64,000 bases of DNA from an uncultured Planctomycetia bacterium (GTDB lineage: Bacteria; Omnitrophota; Gorgyraeia; 2-02-FULL-51-18), in assembly GCA_964642015.1 (NCBI GenBank), contig CAZXLF010000003.1:164204-228203 (forward strand), given 5' to 3'. Positions 39,965-49,726 of this stretch are shown here, piece after piece (within the stretch, counting starts at the first letter, position 1; every line of letters starts with the position of its first letter). Position numbers and translations under genes: made by a program. Under the pieces are notes generated by a model. It was given only the letters and a program-made list of their open reading frames with translations, was not told the origin of the DNA and ran no database searches.

Positions 39965-40492
39965 CTAATATCGCCTTCTAAAACCCGTGCTTCTATCCCT
40001 AGCTCCTTCGACCACCATTGTAATCTCGAGCAAACCATCCCCATTCATTTCACCTTTAACCTCAGTGCCCCTGCCGACAAAAACAATAGCCAGTTCTTTT
40101 TTGTTGTCGTCCAAGAAAACATAACAAAATGAATTATCGTCCGAAAGCGCGTTAGCTATTTTTTGACGCCAGTTATCTTCGTTAACAGAGTCTTTTTCCC
40201 GGCCTTGAGGAGAGTCTATCACAAGCTTATAATCCCCATCTTTGCGCCTCAGGTAGAGGAATTTTCCACCACCGGTATTGAATATCACGCCATCCGAGAA
40301 TCTTCCATGCATAGAATCTCGGTGGTTTCTAGATAAAATGTCGAACGTGTACGAACCCGCTAAAATATGCGTCTTGATATCTCCAGCGTAAGTTTTTGCT
40401 TCATCTTGCTTTAAAACAGTGAGTGCAAAAGATGGGGATGCCAGCAGAACTCCGATCAATGATAAGATGATAGACCTAGATCCAAATCGCAT
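39965..40492 (-). CDS. Exported hypothetical protein
   Basis: Signal peptide ending SFA; SD AAGGAG; no family recognised. Confidence 0.7.
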   Translation of the reverse strand: MRFGSRSIILSLIGVLLASPSFALTVLKQDEAKTYAGDIKTHILAGSYTFDILSRNHRDSMHGRFSDGVIFNTGGGKFLYLRRKDGDYKLVIDSPQGREKDSVNEDNWRQKIANALSDDNSFCYVFLDDNKKELAIVFVGRGTEVKGEMNGDGLLEITMVVEGARDRSTGFRRRY

Positions 40493-40503
40493 TGTATTCT
40501 CCT

Positions 40504-41031
40504 TTATTGAATATGTATTTTAGGGTCCAGCAGTTTATCTAACGGGTTTAGTGGGCAATTCTGATATTTTATCTCAAAATGTAAATGCGGAGTAATTGCC
40601 GCTTGGTCGGCGTTGCCTGTTTTGCCTGTGGCGCCGATGATCCGCCCTTGATGCACCCACTCTCCCTCTGTAACTTGGATCTCCGATAGATGCGCATAAC
40701 GCGTTAAAAGACCATCTGGATGATGAATTTCAACGTAATGGCCATATCCCGGATCGTCTCCGGCGAAGAATACTCTTCCGCTCTTAGAAGCCATCACGGG
40801 ACTGCCAACAGAAGCCTTGATATCGATACCCGCATGAATGCGGCCACCGCTTCTAGATGCGCCAAAATAACCTTTCCCGTAACGATCGCTCCTCAAAACA
40901 AGCCGATCCTGAAGTGCAGTGATGGGACTGACATAATAAGGTTCTTTTTGATTGAAAGAATACGTTTCGTAAAAAACCAAACCGGGGATTGACAGAAAAA
41001 AGCAGAGGCCGAGCCAGAGCCAATTTGTCAT
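40504..41031 (-). CDS. M23 family metallopeptidase (murein hydrolase-like)
   Basis: HAGIDI (HxxxD), GYG.YV.I.H, YAHL, G.TGN, PHLHFE (HxH). Confidence 0.92.
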   Translation of the reverse strand: MTNWLWLGLCFFLSIPGLVFYETYSFNQKEPYYVSPITALQDRLVLRSDRYGKGYFGASRSGGRIHAGIDIKASVGSPVMASKSGRVFFAGDDPGYGHYVEIHHPDGLLTRYAHLSEIQVTEGEWVHQGRIIGATGKTGNADQAAITPHLHFEIKYQNCPLNPLDKLLDPKIHIQ

Positions 41032-41041
41032 TTGAACCTTG

Positions 41042-41146
41042 TTAGATGTGAAGTATTACCCTTAAAAAAGCGGCTACAACAACACCAATGGCAATGCCTA
41101 GAAACGTATATCGATTCGGATTGAAGTTAAAGGGTGAAAAAATCAT
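41042..41146 (-). CDS. Unannotated 34-aa single-TM small protein, probably leaderless
   Basis: MIFSPFNFNPNRYTFLGIAIGVVVAAFLRVILHI; TTGCCA-17-TAGAAT promoter ends 6 nt before the ATG. Confidence 0.6.
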   Translation of the reverse strand: MIFSPFNFNPNRYTFLGIAIGVVVAAFLRVILHI

Positions 41147-41182
41147 TGGGCTATTCTAAGGCTTTCAAAGAGGATTGGCAAC

Positions 41183-41230
41183 AAAAAAAGAGCCCTTTTG
41201 GCGAAAACAAATACCAAAAGGGCTTTCTTT
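41183..41230 (-). terminator. Rho-independent (possibly bidirectional) terminator
   Basis: AGCCCTTTTGG ... CCAAAAGGGCT flanked by an A-run and a T-rich run. Confidence 0.78.
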
Positions 41231-41239
41231 CTTATTCGA

Positions 41240-41377
41240 TTAGCGAGCAATCATCTTGCCGCCAAATAGTACGGCCAAAATGACGATTACTGCTAGATGA
41301 GGTGCTAGCTGGGGTGTAAATACTAGCCCTAGCACTACCCCGATCAATAGACCTGTTAGGATGTCAGCTTTAATCAT
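41240..41377 (-). CDS. Unannotated 45-aa hydrophobic small protein (two short TM segments)
   Basis: MIKADILTGLLIGVVLGLVFTPQLAPHLAVIVILAVLFGGKMIAR; strong SD GGGGGTGA, TG-TATAAT upstream, terminator downstream. Confidence 0.7.
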   Translation of the reverse strand: MIKADILTGLLIGVVLGLVFTPQLAPHLAVIVILAVLFGGKMIAR

Positions 41378-41536
41378 TTGAATCACCCCCAAATCAGGAG
41401 TTCATCAAAAAACGAGCTTTCGAGTCGATATGCATCGCCTCCTTTTCCCTACTACTAAAATTATACATCTTTTCAGAAAAATATAACAGACTTCTGAAAA
41501 ATATGCTTAATTTATATCTTATTGATAATAATAGGC

Positions 41537-42409
41537 TTATGAATTAATATGTCTGGAAATCCACATCCCAATACGAGAATATACAGTGCTTCGGTCAACC
41601 TCATTCAAAATTTCATGATAAAAATCATCATACACTGTCAACTCTTTGTCAGAAGAGGCCATTTCTTGATAAAACAGGAGCGCTTTCTCTTCAGAAACAA
41701 CATGATCCTTTCCGGACTGCACTAATAAAACCGGCTCTTTAAGTTTATGGGCGATCTCAGATCTTCTGTTTATCATTCGTTGCAACTCACAATAAAGTCT
41801 GGCGCTGATACGCTGAAATATCAGCGGGTCTTTTTTATATATATCCAAAATGTTTGTATCATGGGTCAGCAAGGATGAATCAACGTTCGTTGGTTCAGTG
41901 TGATTAGGCGCGATACCCGCCGCCAAAACGCCAAACCAATGCCGCCAAAGCGGCACCGGAACGGCAATTCCGAAGATTGGCGAGCTCAGCACAAGACCTT
42001 GAATTTTAGCATGTGGACAAAAAGAAAGGTAAGAAGAGGTGATAATACCGCCAAAACTATGGCCCATCAAAAATACGGGCCTATCTTTATGATTTCTCAC
42101 GACATAAGCATGAAGCGCTTTAAGATCTTCATGATAATCCCAAAAGTTTCCTATGCAGGCCCGTTTACCTCCGCTTTTACCGAATCCGCGAAGATCCGGT
42201 AAATAGCTTTGAATGCCGATATCCAACAAATATTCCGAGAATTCACGGTACCTTGCCGCGTGTTCACCCATGCCGTGAACAATGATGATGACCGCTTTGG
42301 GGGGTTCCTTGGGTTTTGATACGTAATAATGGATCGGAGTTTCATCGAAAGATATGAATTGATGCTCGGCCCACGATGATGAAGTGGTGCCTTGAAAAAG
42401 AGGACTCAC
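41537..42409 (-). CDS. Lysophospholipase/monoglyceride lipase (alpha/beta hydrolase, PldB-like)
   Basis: VHGMGEH..RY, DLRGFG.S, GHSFGG (nucleophile), D.VV, YHEILNE. Confidence 0.9.
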   Translation of the reverse strand: MSPLFQGTTSSSWAEHQFISFDETPIHYYVSKPKEPPKAVIIIVHGMGEHAARYREFSEYLLDIGIQSYLPDLRGFGKSGGKRACIGNFWDYHEDLKALHAYVVRNHKDRPVFLMGHSFGGIITSSYLSFCPHAKIQGLVLSSPIFGIAVPVPLWRHWFGVLAAGIAPNHTEPTNVDSSLLTHDTNILDIYKKDPLIFQRISARLYCELQRMINRRSEIAHKLKEPVLLVQSGKDHVVSEEKALLFYQEMASSDKELTVYDDFYHEILNEVDRSTVYSRIGMWISRHINS

Positions 42410-44208
42410 GCCTTTTCTCTGTCGTAAAGAGCTAGTAGTTTATCTCGATAGCGTGAAAGTACGACGTCCCGCTTGACTTTAAGGGTTGGGGTAAGCTCTC
42501 CGGCGCTTTGGGTGAAATCATTTTCAAGCAGCACGAAATATTTTATCTTTTCAAAATTTGCCAGATTCTTTGATCGTTCTTCGATCACGCTTTCAACCTT
42601 CTGATAAATCTTGGGATTTTCCAGCAGGCTTTTATAATCCTGGTAGGCAATTTTCTGCTCTTTTGCGATCTCCATGATCTTCTCCTTTGCAGGAACGATC
42701 AGTGCCGTGACGAATTTTTTGGCCTCTCCGAATAGAACACAGCGCAAGATCAGCGGATCCTGCTCCATCACCTCCTCTACGGCCCTAGGAACGACTTTTT
42801 TGCCTCCAGAGGTCACTATCAATTCCTTTTTTCTGCCGGTGATCGCTAAAAAACCGTCTTTATCGATAATGCCCAGATCGCCCGTATAAAACCAACCATC
42901 TCTCAAAGCTTGCGCGGTCTCATCAGGTTTATTGAAATAACCTTTCATCACACACGGTCCTTTGGTAAGGATCTCGCCTTCGTCAGATATCCTGACCTGA
43001 ACTTCTTTGAGCGGAACACCGACCGTCCCGAATTTGAATTTTTCTTCTCTGTTAACCGCGATCACAGGAGATGTTTCCGTAAGACCATAGCCTTCATAGA
43101 TCATCACACCTAGATCGCAGAAAAATTCAGCGACCTCCTTAGACAATGGCGCGCCGCCGGAAATACAGAACCGGATCCGCCCGCCAAGCCTATCGCCGAA
43201 CTTTTTGTATGCCAAAATCCGCGCCAACTTCAACTCGAGATTTTTCCAGATACCTAGCACTTTATGATTAAAATTAGCTGCTCGGCGCTCGGCGCCCAGT
43301 GCCTTGGCCCAATAAAATATGCCTTTTTTAACAGAGCTTGCTTTTTCCACTGCGTCCAAAACCCGTTCTCTTATTTTTTCATAGAACCGAGGAACTCCCA
43401 AAATAAAAGTCGGTTTTATTTCCAGCAGATTTTCAGGAACAGTATCCATATTCTCCGCATAACCGATCACAGCGCCGATATAAACCATCAGGTAATAACC
43501 TGCCGTCCTTTCAAATACGTGCGAAAGAGGCAAAAATGAAAGGTGGACATCCGTTTCACCCATTTTAAGGGTTTCTTTGCAAGAAACGACATTATGGATA
43601 AAATTGGAGTGGGTCAGCATCACACCTTTCGGCAGTCCCGTGGTCCCTGATGTATAAATAATCGTTGCTGTATTTTCTGGACCAATGTCAGCGAGACATT
43701 TTTCGGTCGCAGCTTTATCATAAGATGTTTTTTTTAGATCCTTCATGAAATGAACTGGTACGGTCAAAGTTGACTCTGACAACGCTACTGAGCCATCAAA
43801 CGCAATGACAGCTTTTAAATCGTTCAGCGATTTCTGTATTGGAGGGATCTTTTCAAATAATGTTTTATTGGATACTGCAAGAATCTTAGCTCCTGAGTCT
43901 GAAAGAATATATTGGATCTCTGTAGACGTAAGTGAGGTGTAGATCGGAACGGAGATCGCGCCGATCATTTGCGCAGCCAAATCGGTCATTGCCCATTCGG
44001 GGCGATTTTCAGACAGAATCGCGATGCGTTCTCCCGTTCCCAAGCCCATCGATAAGAACGCCGTAGCCAGAGCACAAATATCGTGATGCGCCTCTTCCCA
44101 CGTTACGGGAACATATTTCCCGCTATTTTTGTAAAGGAAAGCTGTTTTCTTTGGGTATTGACCGGCGGTATCAGAGAAAAGCTGCCATAGATTTTTTGGA
44201 TTAGCCAT
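42406..44208 (-). CDS. fadD: Long-chain fatty acid-CoA ligase
   Basis: IYTSGTTGLPKGV, LPLSHVFER, EGYGLTET, TGDLG, GRKKE, GELTPTLK. Confidence 0.92.
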   Translation of the reverse strand: MANPKNLWQLFSDTAGQYPKKTAFLYKNSGKYVPVTWEEAHHDICALATAFLSMGLGTGERIAILSENRPEWAMTDLAAQMIGAISVPIYTSLTSTEIQYILSDSGAKILAVSNKTLFEKIPPIQKSLNDLKAVIAFDGSVALSESTLTVPVHFMKDLKKTSYDKAATEKCLADIGPENTATIIYTSGTTGLPKGVMLTHSNFIHNVVSCKETLKMGETDVHLSFLPLSHVFERTAGYYLMVYIGAVIGYAENMDTVPENLLEIKPTFILGVPRFYEKIRERVLDAVEKASSVKKGIFYWAKALGAERRAANFNHKVLGIWKNLELKLARILAYKKFGDRLGGRIRFCISGGAPLSKEVAEFFCDLGVMIYEGYGLTETSPVIAVNREEKFKFGTVGVPLKEVQVRISDEGEILTKGPCVMKGYFNKPDETAQALRDGWFYTGDLGIIDKDGFLAITGRKKELIVTSGGKKVVPRAVEEVMEQDPLILRCVLFGEAKKFVTALIVPAKEKIMEIAKEQKIAYQDYKSLLENPKIYQKVESVIEERSKNLANFEKIKYFVLLENDFTQSAGELTPTLKVKRDVVLSRYRDKLLALYDREKA

Positions 44209-46318
44209 AAAATCCCGTGCTTTTTGATGCCAACGCCCTTAAATAAGCCGATGGCTCAAACCGAGTGTCGTTGGTTGATTTTTGGAATCGCTCAAGATCT
44301 CTGACGATCGGCAAGATCCCCACCTTATCCGCGTAGCGCAAGAGCCCTGCGCGATAAGGTGGAAAACCTGTGCCCATAATGAGGCCTATATCCACGCTTG
44401 CCGCAGAGTCCGTCACTTTTTCCTCAAGACAGCGCGCCGCCTCGTTGATCATGATATAGATCATACGCTTCAAAGCATCTTCATCGGACGTTTTTGAAGA
44501 AGAGCTGATCTTTAACTCAGTATTGGGAGATCCTCTTCTGCCTTCCTTAGAATAATTATAAAAACCTTTGCCCGACTTTTTGCCAAGCAGCCCTTTCTGC
44601 TTGACGATTTCAAGAAGCGGTGCCACCCTCATCCGATCACCAAACGCTTCTTGAAGGATATGAGCTACTTTATAACCCACATCGATGCCCACTTGATCTA
44701 CGAGCTCGATAGGTCCCATAGGCATCCCGAATTGCTCCGCTATCCTGTCGATCTGTTCCAACGGCATCCCTTCCCCCATCAAATAAGCTGCCTCATTCAT
44801 ATAAGGCAGTAGAAGTCTATTAACCAAAAAACCGGGCCGATCTTCAACGACGATCACAGTTTTACCAAGGCGGCGCGCAAAAAAAACTGTGCGCTCGATC
44901 GTCTCATCAGAGGTCTTTTGCGCCCGGATCACCTCGACAAGAGGCATACGGTCGACCGGATTGAAAAAATGAAGCCCGACAACACGGTCCGGATATCGGC
45001 TGACTTCCGCCATTTTTGTGACTGAAAGCGAGGATGTGTTTGAAGCTAAAATAACGGGAGAATCCGTAAATGACGATATTTCAGAAAATACTTTTTGCTT
45101 GATCGACATGTCCTCAACAACTGCCTCGATCAAGATATTACAATTTTTCAAGCCGTCATTGTTTAAACCCACAGAAATAAGCGACATCTTATTGGTCACT
45201 TCATAGGGTTTGAGCTTCCTTTTCTTGAGCAAAAAGCGGTAAATTTTGGCAGATTCCGCAAGGGCACCTGAAAGCGCTTTTTCATTCAGATCTTTAACGC
45301 GCACCGGGATATCACGCGAGCTGACAAGCTGAGCAATGCCTCCGCCCATGATTCCTGCGCCGATAACACCGCATTTTTCTATGCCATCTGCGGTCGCTTG
45401 AGCATTGGTCCAACGACGCTTCTTATACTTTTCGCTCAAGAAAAAAACTTTTATCAGATTTTTTGATACATCCGTAATCGCCAATTTAGAGAAATGTTCG
45501 CTTTCGGCACGATAACTTCGTTCCGTAGCCTGGCCCCGCGTTAGACTCACAAGTTTTATGATCTGAAGAGGCGCCGGGTAATTTCCTTTGGTTTTTTCCA
45601 GAACACCCTTCTTCGCTTGTGAAAAAAGCAGGTATCTGCCGATGAGGGTATTTTCCAGGAAAGAGGTCATCAGATCTTTTTTTGGCGTATTTCTAGGTTT
45701 TTTACCTCCCGCTAAAGATGACGCAAATATTTTGGCTTCCTCTAAAAGATTTGCATCCGGAAAAAGGCGGTCTACCATTCCCAATTCTAAGGCCTCCTGA
45801 GCCCCCACGGCGCGGCCGGTCAATAACAACGGTAACGCTTTCATCAATCCCAAAAGTTTCGGAAGCCGGATACTTCCGCCAAAGCCAGGAAGGATGCCTA
45901 AATTCACTTCAGGAAGTCCAATCTTCACTTGCGGTGAAAAGGAAGCAACGCGCGAAGAACAAGATAACGCCAATTCAAACCCGCCACCCAAACATGCGCC
46001 GTTGATCACGCAAACTGTGGGAACCTTCATATTTTCCAGTTTTTTGAAAAGCTCTTTTCCGACCTGCGCTTTCTTAAACGCATCATGCGTATCTGTAATA
46101 CCCTCTATCTCTTTGATATCCGCTCCAGCTATAAAAATACGCCCTTTAGCGCTAGTAATGAGGAGAGCTTTTAAATCATTCCTCGCGCCGATATCGTCAA
46201 GCTGTTGTCCCAACTCAATGAGATTGTCCGAGGAAAGGACATTGACCTCCGAATCCGGAAAATCAAAACAAAGATTGCCCAGACTGTTCTCAACGTTAAA
46301 ATGCCAGGATTTGCTCAT
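44201..46318 (-). CDS. fadJ: Fatty-acid oxidation complex alpha subunit (enoyl-CoA hydratase plus 3-hydroxyacyl-CoA dehydrogenase)
   Basis: FIAGADI, CLGGGFELAL, GLPEV.LG..PG.GG, GAGIMGGGIA, EAVVE, SNTSSL, HFFNPV; start moved to ATG 46318. Confidence 0.92.
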   Translation of the reverse strand: MSKSWHFNVENSLGNLCFDFPDSEVNVLSSDNLIELGQQLDDIGARNDLKALLITSAKGRIFIAGADIKEIEGITDTHDAFKKAQVGKELFKKLENMKVPTVCVINGACLGGGFELALSCSSRVASFSPQVKIGLPEVNLGILPGFGGSIRLPKLLGLMKALPLLLTGRAVGAQEALELGMVDRLFPDANLLEEAKIFASSLAGGKKPRNTPKKDLMTSFLENTLIGRYLLFSQAKKGVLEKTKGNYPAPLQIIKLVSLTRGQATERSYRAESEHFSKLAITDVSKNLIKVFFLSEKYKKRRWTNAQATADGIEKCGVIGAGIMGGGIAQLVSSRDIPVRVKDLNEKALSGALAESAKIYRFLLKKRKLKPYEVTNKMSLISVGLNNDGLKNCNILIEAVVEDMSIKQKVFSEISSFTDSPVILASNTSSLSVTKMAEVSRYPDRVVGLHFFNPVDRMPLVEVIRAQKTSDETIERTVFFARRLGKTVIVVEDRPGFLVNRLLLPYMNEAAYLMGEGMPLEQIDRIAEQFGMPMGPIELVDQVGIDVGYKVAHILQEAFGDRMRVAPLLEIVKQKGLLGKKSGKGFYNYSKEGRRGSPNTELKISSSSKTSDEDALKRMIYIMINEAARCLEEKVTDSAASVDIGLIMGTGFPPYRAGLLRYADKVGILPIVRDLERFQKSTNDTRFEPSAYLRALASKSTGFYG

Positions 46319-47601
46319 GAGCGCTCCAAAAGCACTGCACCGCCTTGTCCGCCGCCGACACAAAGCGAAACAAGCCCTCTCTGAAGGTTGCGACGCTTCA
46401 TTTCTTTGAGACAAGTTAAGATCAATCTTGACCCGCTAGCGCCTACAGGATGGCCTAAAGCAATGGCTCCTCCGTTAACATTCAATAAGGACAGGTCGAT
46501 CTGCCCTATTACTTTTCGTTCGGGAAAATTTTCTTCGGCGAATGTTTTGGAAGTCAGCGCATCCACACAAGAAAGCACTTGAGCCGCAAATGCTTCATTG
46601 ATCTCAAAAATCTGAATATCTTTAAGACTAATCCCCTTTTTTCTAATAAGTTTTTCGATCGCAAACACAGGGCCCAGGCCCATCTGGCTGGGATCGACCC
46701 CGGCATAATCATATCCCGTAATAGTCCCTAAAATTTCATAACCCATCGCACGGGCTTTTGCTCTGGTCATCAACAGGACCATGCAAGCACCGTCCGTGAT
46801 CTGGGAAGAATTTCCGGCCGTTACCGTGCCGCTATAACGGTCAAATATAGGTTTAAGCTTTGCGAGGTCTTCGATCGATTGCTTATCCCTGACACCGTTA
46901 TCCTGCGAAACCGCATCCCGGTAATCACGTCCCGCAAAAATCGTCATCATCTCTTCCTTAAAAAGAGCTCTGGCGGCTGCCGAGCGCAGGTGACTTTGCA
47001 ATGCAAACTGATCCTGCCTTTGGCGGGATATCGCGAATTTTTTGGCAAGTACTTCAGCGGTTTGGCCCATGTTCAATCCGCAAGTCGGGTCTGTGAGAGC
47101 CATCTGCAAAGCTGGACGCGGAGAAAAATGGCTCGGACGAAACTTCAGGATCAAGGACAATTTTTCACCCAATGATTTTGCTCTCTGCAACTTCATAAAT
47201 AGCGTTGCCGCTTCTTTCGAAAACTGCAAAGGCGCGTTGGACATAGACTCGGCTCCCCCGGCGATCACCACTTCATCTTGACCTGCAAGGATCTTTTCCA
47301 TGCCACTCGTCACCGCCTCAAAACCGGAGGCGCAATTGCGATTCACCGTGTAAGCGCGTTTATCTTTCGGAATGCCTGCCATCAAACTGATAACACGTGC
47401 GACATTCGCCGCATCGGACGGCTGTCCTACGCATCCAACGATCACTTCATCGACCATGGAGGGCTTAATGCCAGTGCGCTGCAAAAGTTCTGTCAGACAA
47501 GCTGAACCCAGCTGCTGAGCCGGAATGTTATCAAATGACGTCCATGATTTTATAAACGGCGTGCGAACTCCGTCCACGACCACGATATCATTATCTGCCA
47601 T
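46315..47601 (-). CDS. fadI: 3-ketoacyl-CoA thiolase
   Basis: RTPF, NRNCASG, GNSSQITDGA, NEAFA, GHPVGASG, CVGGGQG. Confidence 0.92.
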   Translation of the reverse strand: MADNDIVVVDGVRTPFIKSWTSFDNIPAQQLGSACLTELLQRTGIKPSMVDEVIVGCVGQPSDAANVARVISLMAGIPKDKRAYTVNRNCASGFEAVTSGMEKILAGQDEVVIAGGAESMSNAPLQFSKEAATLFMKLQRAKSLGEKLSLILKFRPSHFSPRPALQMALTDPTCGLNMGQTAEVLAKKFAISRQRQDQFALQSHLRSAAARALFKEEMMTIFAGRDYRDAVSQDNGVRDKQSIEDLAKLKPIFDRYSGTVTAGNSSQITDGACMVLLMTRAKARAMGYEILGTITGYDYAGVDPSQMGLGPVFAIEKLIRKKGISLKDIQIFEINEAFAAQVLSCVDALTSKTFAEENFPERKVIGQIDLSLLNVNGGAIALGHPVGASGSRLILTCLKEMKRRNLQRGLVSLCVGGGQGGAVLLERS

Positions 47602-47632
47602 CTAAACTTCCTTTTGGCGCTTTGCGCCGTTG

Positions 47633-49723
47633 TCAAACGTTCTGCTGGGAAACCAACGCTTTTATTTTTGGAAGCATCTTTATCGCCTCATCCTCACCGC
47701 GCTTAATAAACTGGTGTGGTTTAAAAAATTCCACCCAACTCGCTGTCGGGACCACGGGACGGATCAGCACATCCGACGACTCACCCTCGATCTCGGCTAT
47801 TTCCGCTTCCATCGACTGGATCGTATTCATTAGGATATCAAAAATATTCGGAAAAAATCCTCTTAAAATGAATTTTTTGATCCGAAAAAGAGTTCTCACA
47901 AAAAAATTCCTATTCTTTATCCTCATCGCTTCCTGTTCGAGCGCTTCTTCCCTAATGATCCTTTTTTCAAGCATATCCTTGGATGTGGGGAATACGTTCA
48001 CTGCGATGATCTTATTCGCGCCGGCCTGATGAAGCGCTTTGACCGGCAACGGATTTAAAATGCCTCCGTCCACGACAAGATCCCCCTTCACGAACACCGG
48101 TTGAAAAATGGCCGGTATTGCAATTGACATCCTCACCGCATCCGATATATATCCGGAATCGACGACCAAGGTCTGATGCGTAGAAAGATCCGCTCCGACC
48201 ACTTTGAACGGGATCCTGCAATCATCAAAGGTCTTATTGCCCAAATGTTTTTTAAGATGCTTGATGACCTTTTTACCGTGCAACAAGCCTTTGATAGGAA
48301 AAAAACTGATGTCGAGCAGACGAAAGAGTTTCGGAAACGTGTTGATTTCAACCGCGATCTGCTCAAGCTCATCACAGCTTTTCCCGATCGAATAAAGAGA
48401 GCCTATGAGTGCACCGATGCTCGATCCCGAAATAATATCGATGGGGATCTTTTCACGTTCAAGGACTTTTAAAACGCCTATATGGGCCAAGCCCAATGCG
48501 GCACCGCTGCCCAGCGCTATGCCGACAAGATTGTTGCTGATGCGCCTGGCAATATGGCGAATCACCCGTGCATGTTCGGATTCGGGATCTTCCACAACTA
48601 AAAGCATTGATGATCCGCTCTCTGCATCAAAATCTTTCAAGGCTGGAAGCGAGTAGCTCAATTTTTTCCCGAACATTTCACGGCGCACGCTCGTCGTCGT
48701 CCTCATACCAAAAACGACTTCGTGGATGATGATCGATAATTTATCATCAGGAAATGCCAGATTCATCTGAACGTTAGCCGCCACCTCTTTGATCTCGGTC
48801 ATATTATTGATGTTGCTATCCGTCACAAAAAAGATGAAATCCGATTGGGATAGCGATTTAAAAACAGCTTCGTCCAAATACCCTGGTAAATTCACAATAA
48901 TGAACCTGTAATCAATGGATAGATAATTCAAAAGAGATGTCACGATGAGCTCATCCTGGATATCTTTCTCATCATGGACAATGTTCAGGATATCAAATCC
49001 TGCCGAATGCGTGATAAGCAGGTTCTTCAATTCTCCTAAAAGATCAACTTCGATATTGCGGAATTGCGAAAGTGGGTATTTTTTAGCTTGATGGCGTTTG
49101 AATACACCCGACGAACCGGCAGAATCCATATCGATCAAAATAGTTTTTTGATGAGTCTCGTTGAAAAGACTTGCTGCGAGGTTGATCGAAAATTCCGTAT
49201 GGTCTTCCTTGTAATAATTGCTGAATATGGAGATCACGTCACTTTTCAGCAAGGATCTAGACCTGGATTCTTTGCCCGACAATCTTGAACTTAAACGGCG
49301 GCTGATCTCCAATGCGACCGTTGCGTTATGTTCCACCGTTTTTTTAAAATCTTCTTTTTTTAGTTCCAAAAGAAGCGAATCGGATAACGCGCGGACCGTC
49401 GTGGAATGGGTTTGATTGGTAAGGAGCGAGGTTTCGCCGAAATAATCCCCTCTTCTCAAATAAGCCAATACCTTCTTTTTTTCCAAGGACGAGACCGATG
49501 CCTCGAAACGACCTGAAACCACAACATAAAAACTCTCCGACTCGGTGCCTTCGCGGTAGACCAGTTCATCCTTCCGATATTCCACCAAACGCATCAGCTG
49601 GCTGATGGATTTCAATTCCCATTGGCTTAGACTCGAGAAAAGCTGACACAGAGAAAGAAGAGCGGCTTTATCGATTTTCTGAAAACGCGGATTTGCCTCA
49701 GAATTGTGGAAGGAATCCATCAA
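47633..49723 (-). CDS. cNMP-binding domain + MinD/CpaE-like middle domain + patatin phospholipase
   Basis: CNB: FYVVVSG, GDYFGE..LL, TVRA; middle: INLAASL..ET...ILID, GFDIL; patatin: GSGAALG..HIG, GSSIG, DGG. Confidence 0.85.
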   Translation of the reverse strand: MMDSFHNSEANPRFQKIDKAALLSLCQLFSSLSQWELKSISQLMRLVEYRKDELVYREGTESESFYVVVSGRFEASVSSLEKKKVLAYLRRGDYFGETSLLTNQTHSTTVRALSDSLLLELKKEDFKKTVEHNATVALEISRRLSSRLSGKESRSRSLLKSDVISIFSNYYKEDHTEFSINLAASLFNETHQKTILIDMDSAGSSGVFKRHQAKKYPLSQFRNIEVDLLGELKNLLITHSAGFDILNIVHDEKDIQDELIVTSLLNYLSIDYRFIIVNLPGYLDEAVFKSLSQSDFIFFVTDSNINNMTEIKEVAANVQMNLAFPDDKLSIIIHEVVFGMRTTTSVRREMFGKKLSYSLPALKDFDAESGSSMLLVVEDPESEHARVIRHIARRISNNLVGIALGSGAALGLAHIGVLKVLEREKIPIDIISGSSIGALIGSLYSIGKSCDELEQIAVEINTFPKLFRLLDISFFPIKGLLHGKKVIKHLKKHLGNKTFDDCRIPFKVVGADLSTHQTLVVDSGYISDAVRMSIAIPAIFQPVFVKGDLVVDGGILNPLPVKALHQAGANKIIAVNVFPTSKDMLEKRIIREEALEQEAMRIKNRNFFVRTLFRIKKFILRGFFPNIFDILMNTIQSMEAEIAEIEGESSDVLIRPVVPTASWVEFFKPHQFIKRGEDEAIKMLPKIKALVSQQNV

Positions 49724-49726
49724 GGA

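Noticed and set aside
47633-49723. Patatin as a CBASS (CapV) or Pycsar effector
   Set aside because: No CD-NTase or pyrimidine cyclase nearby, and the context is beta-oxidation
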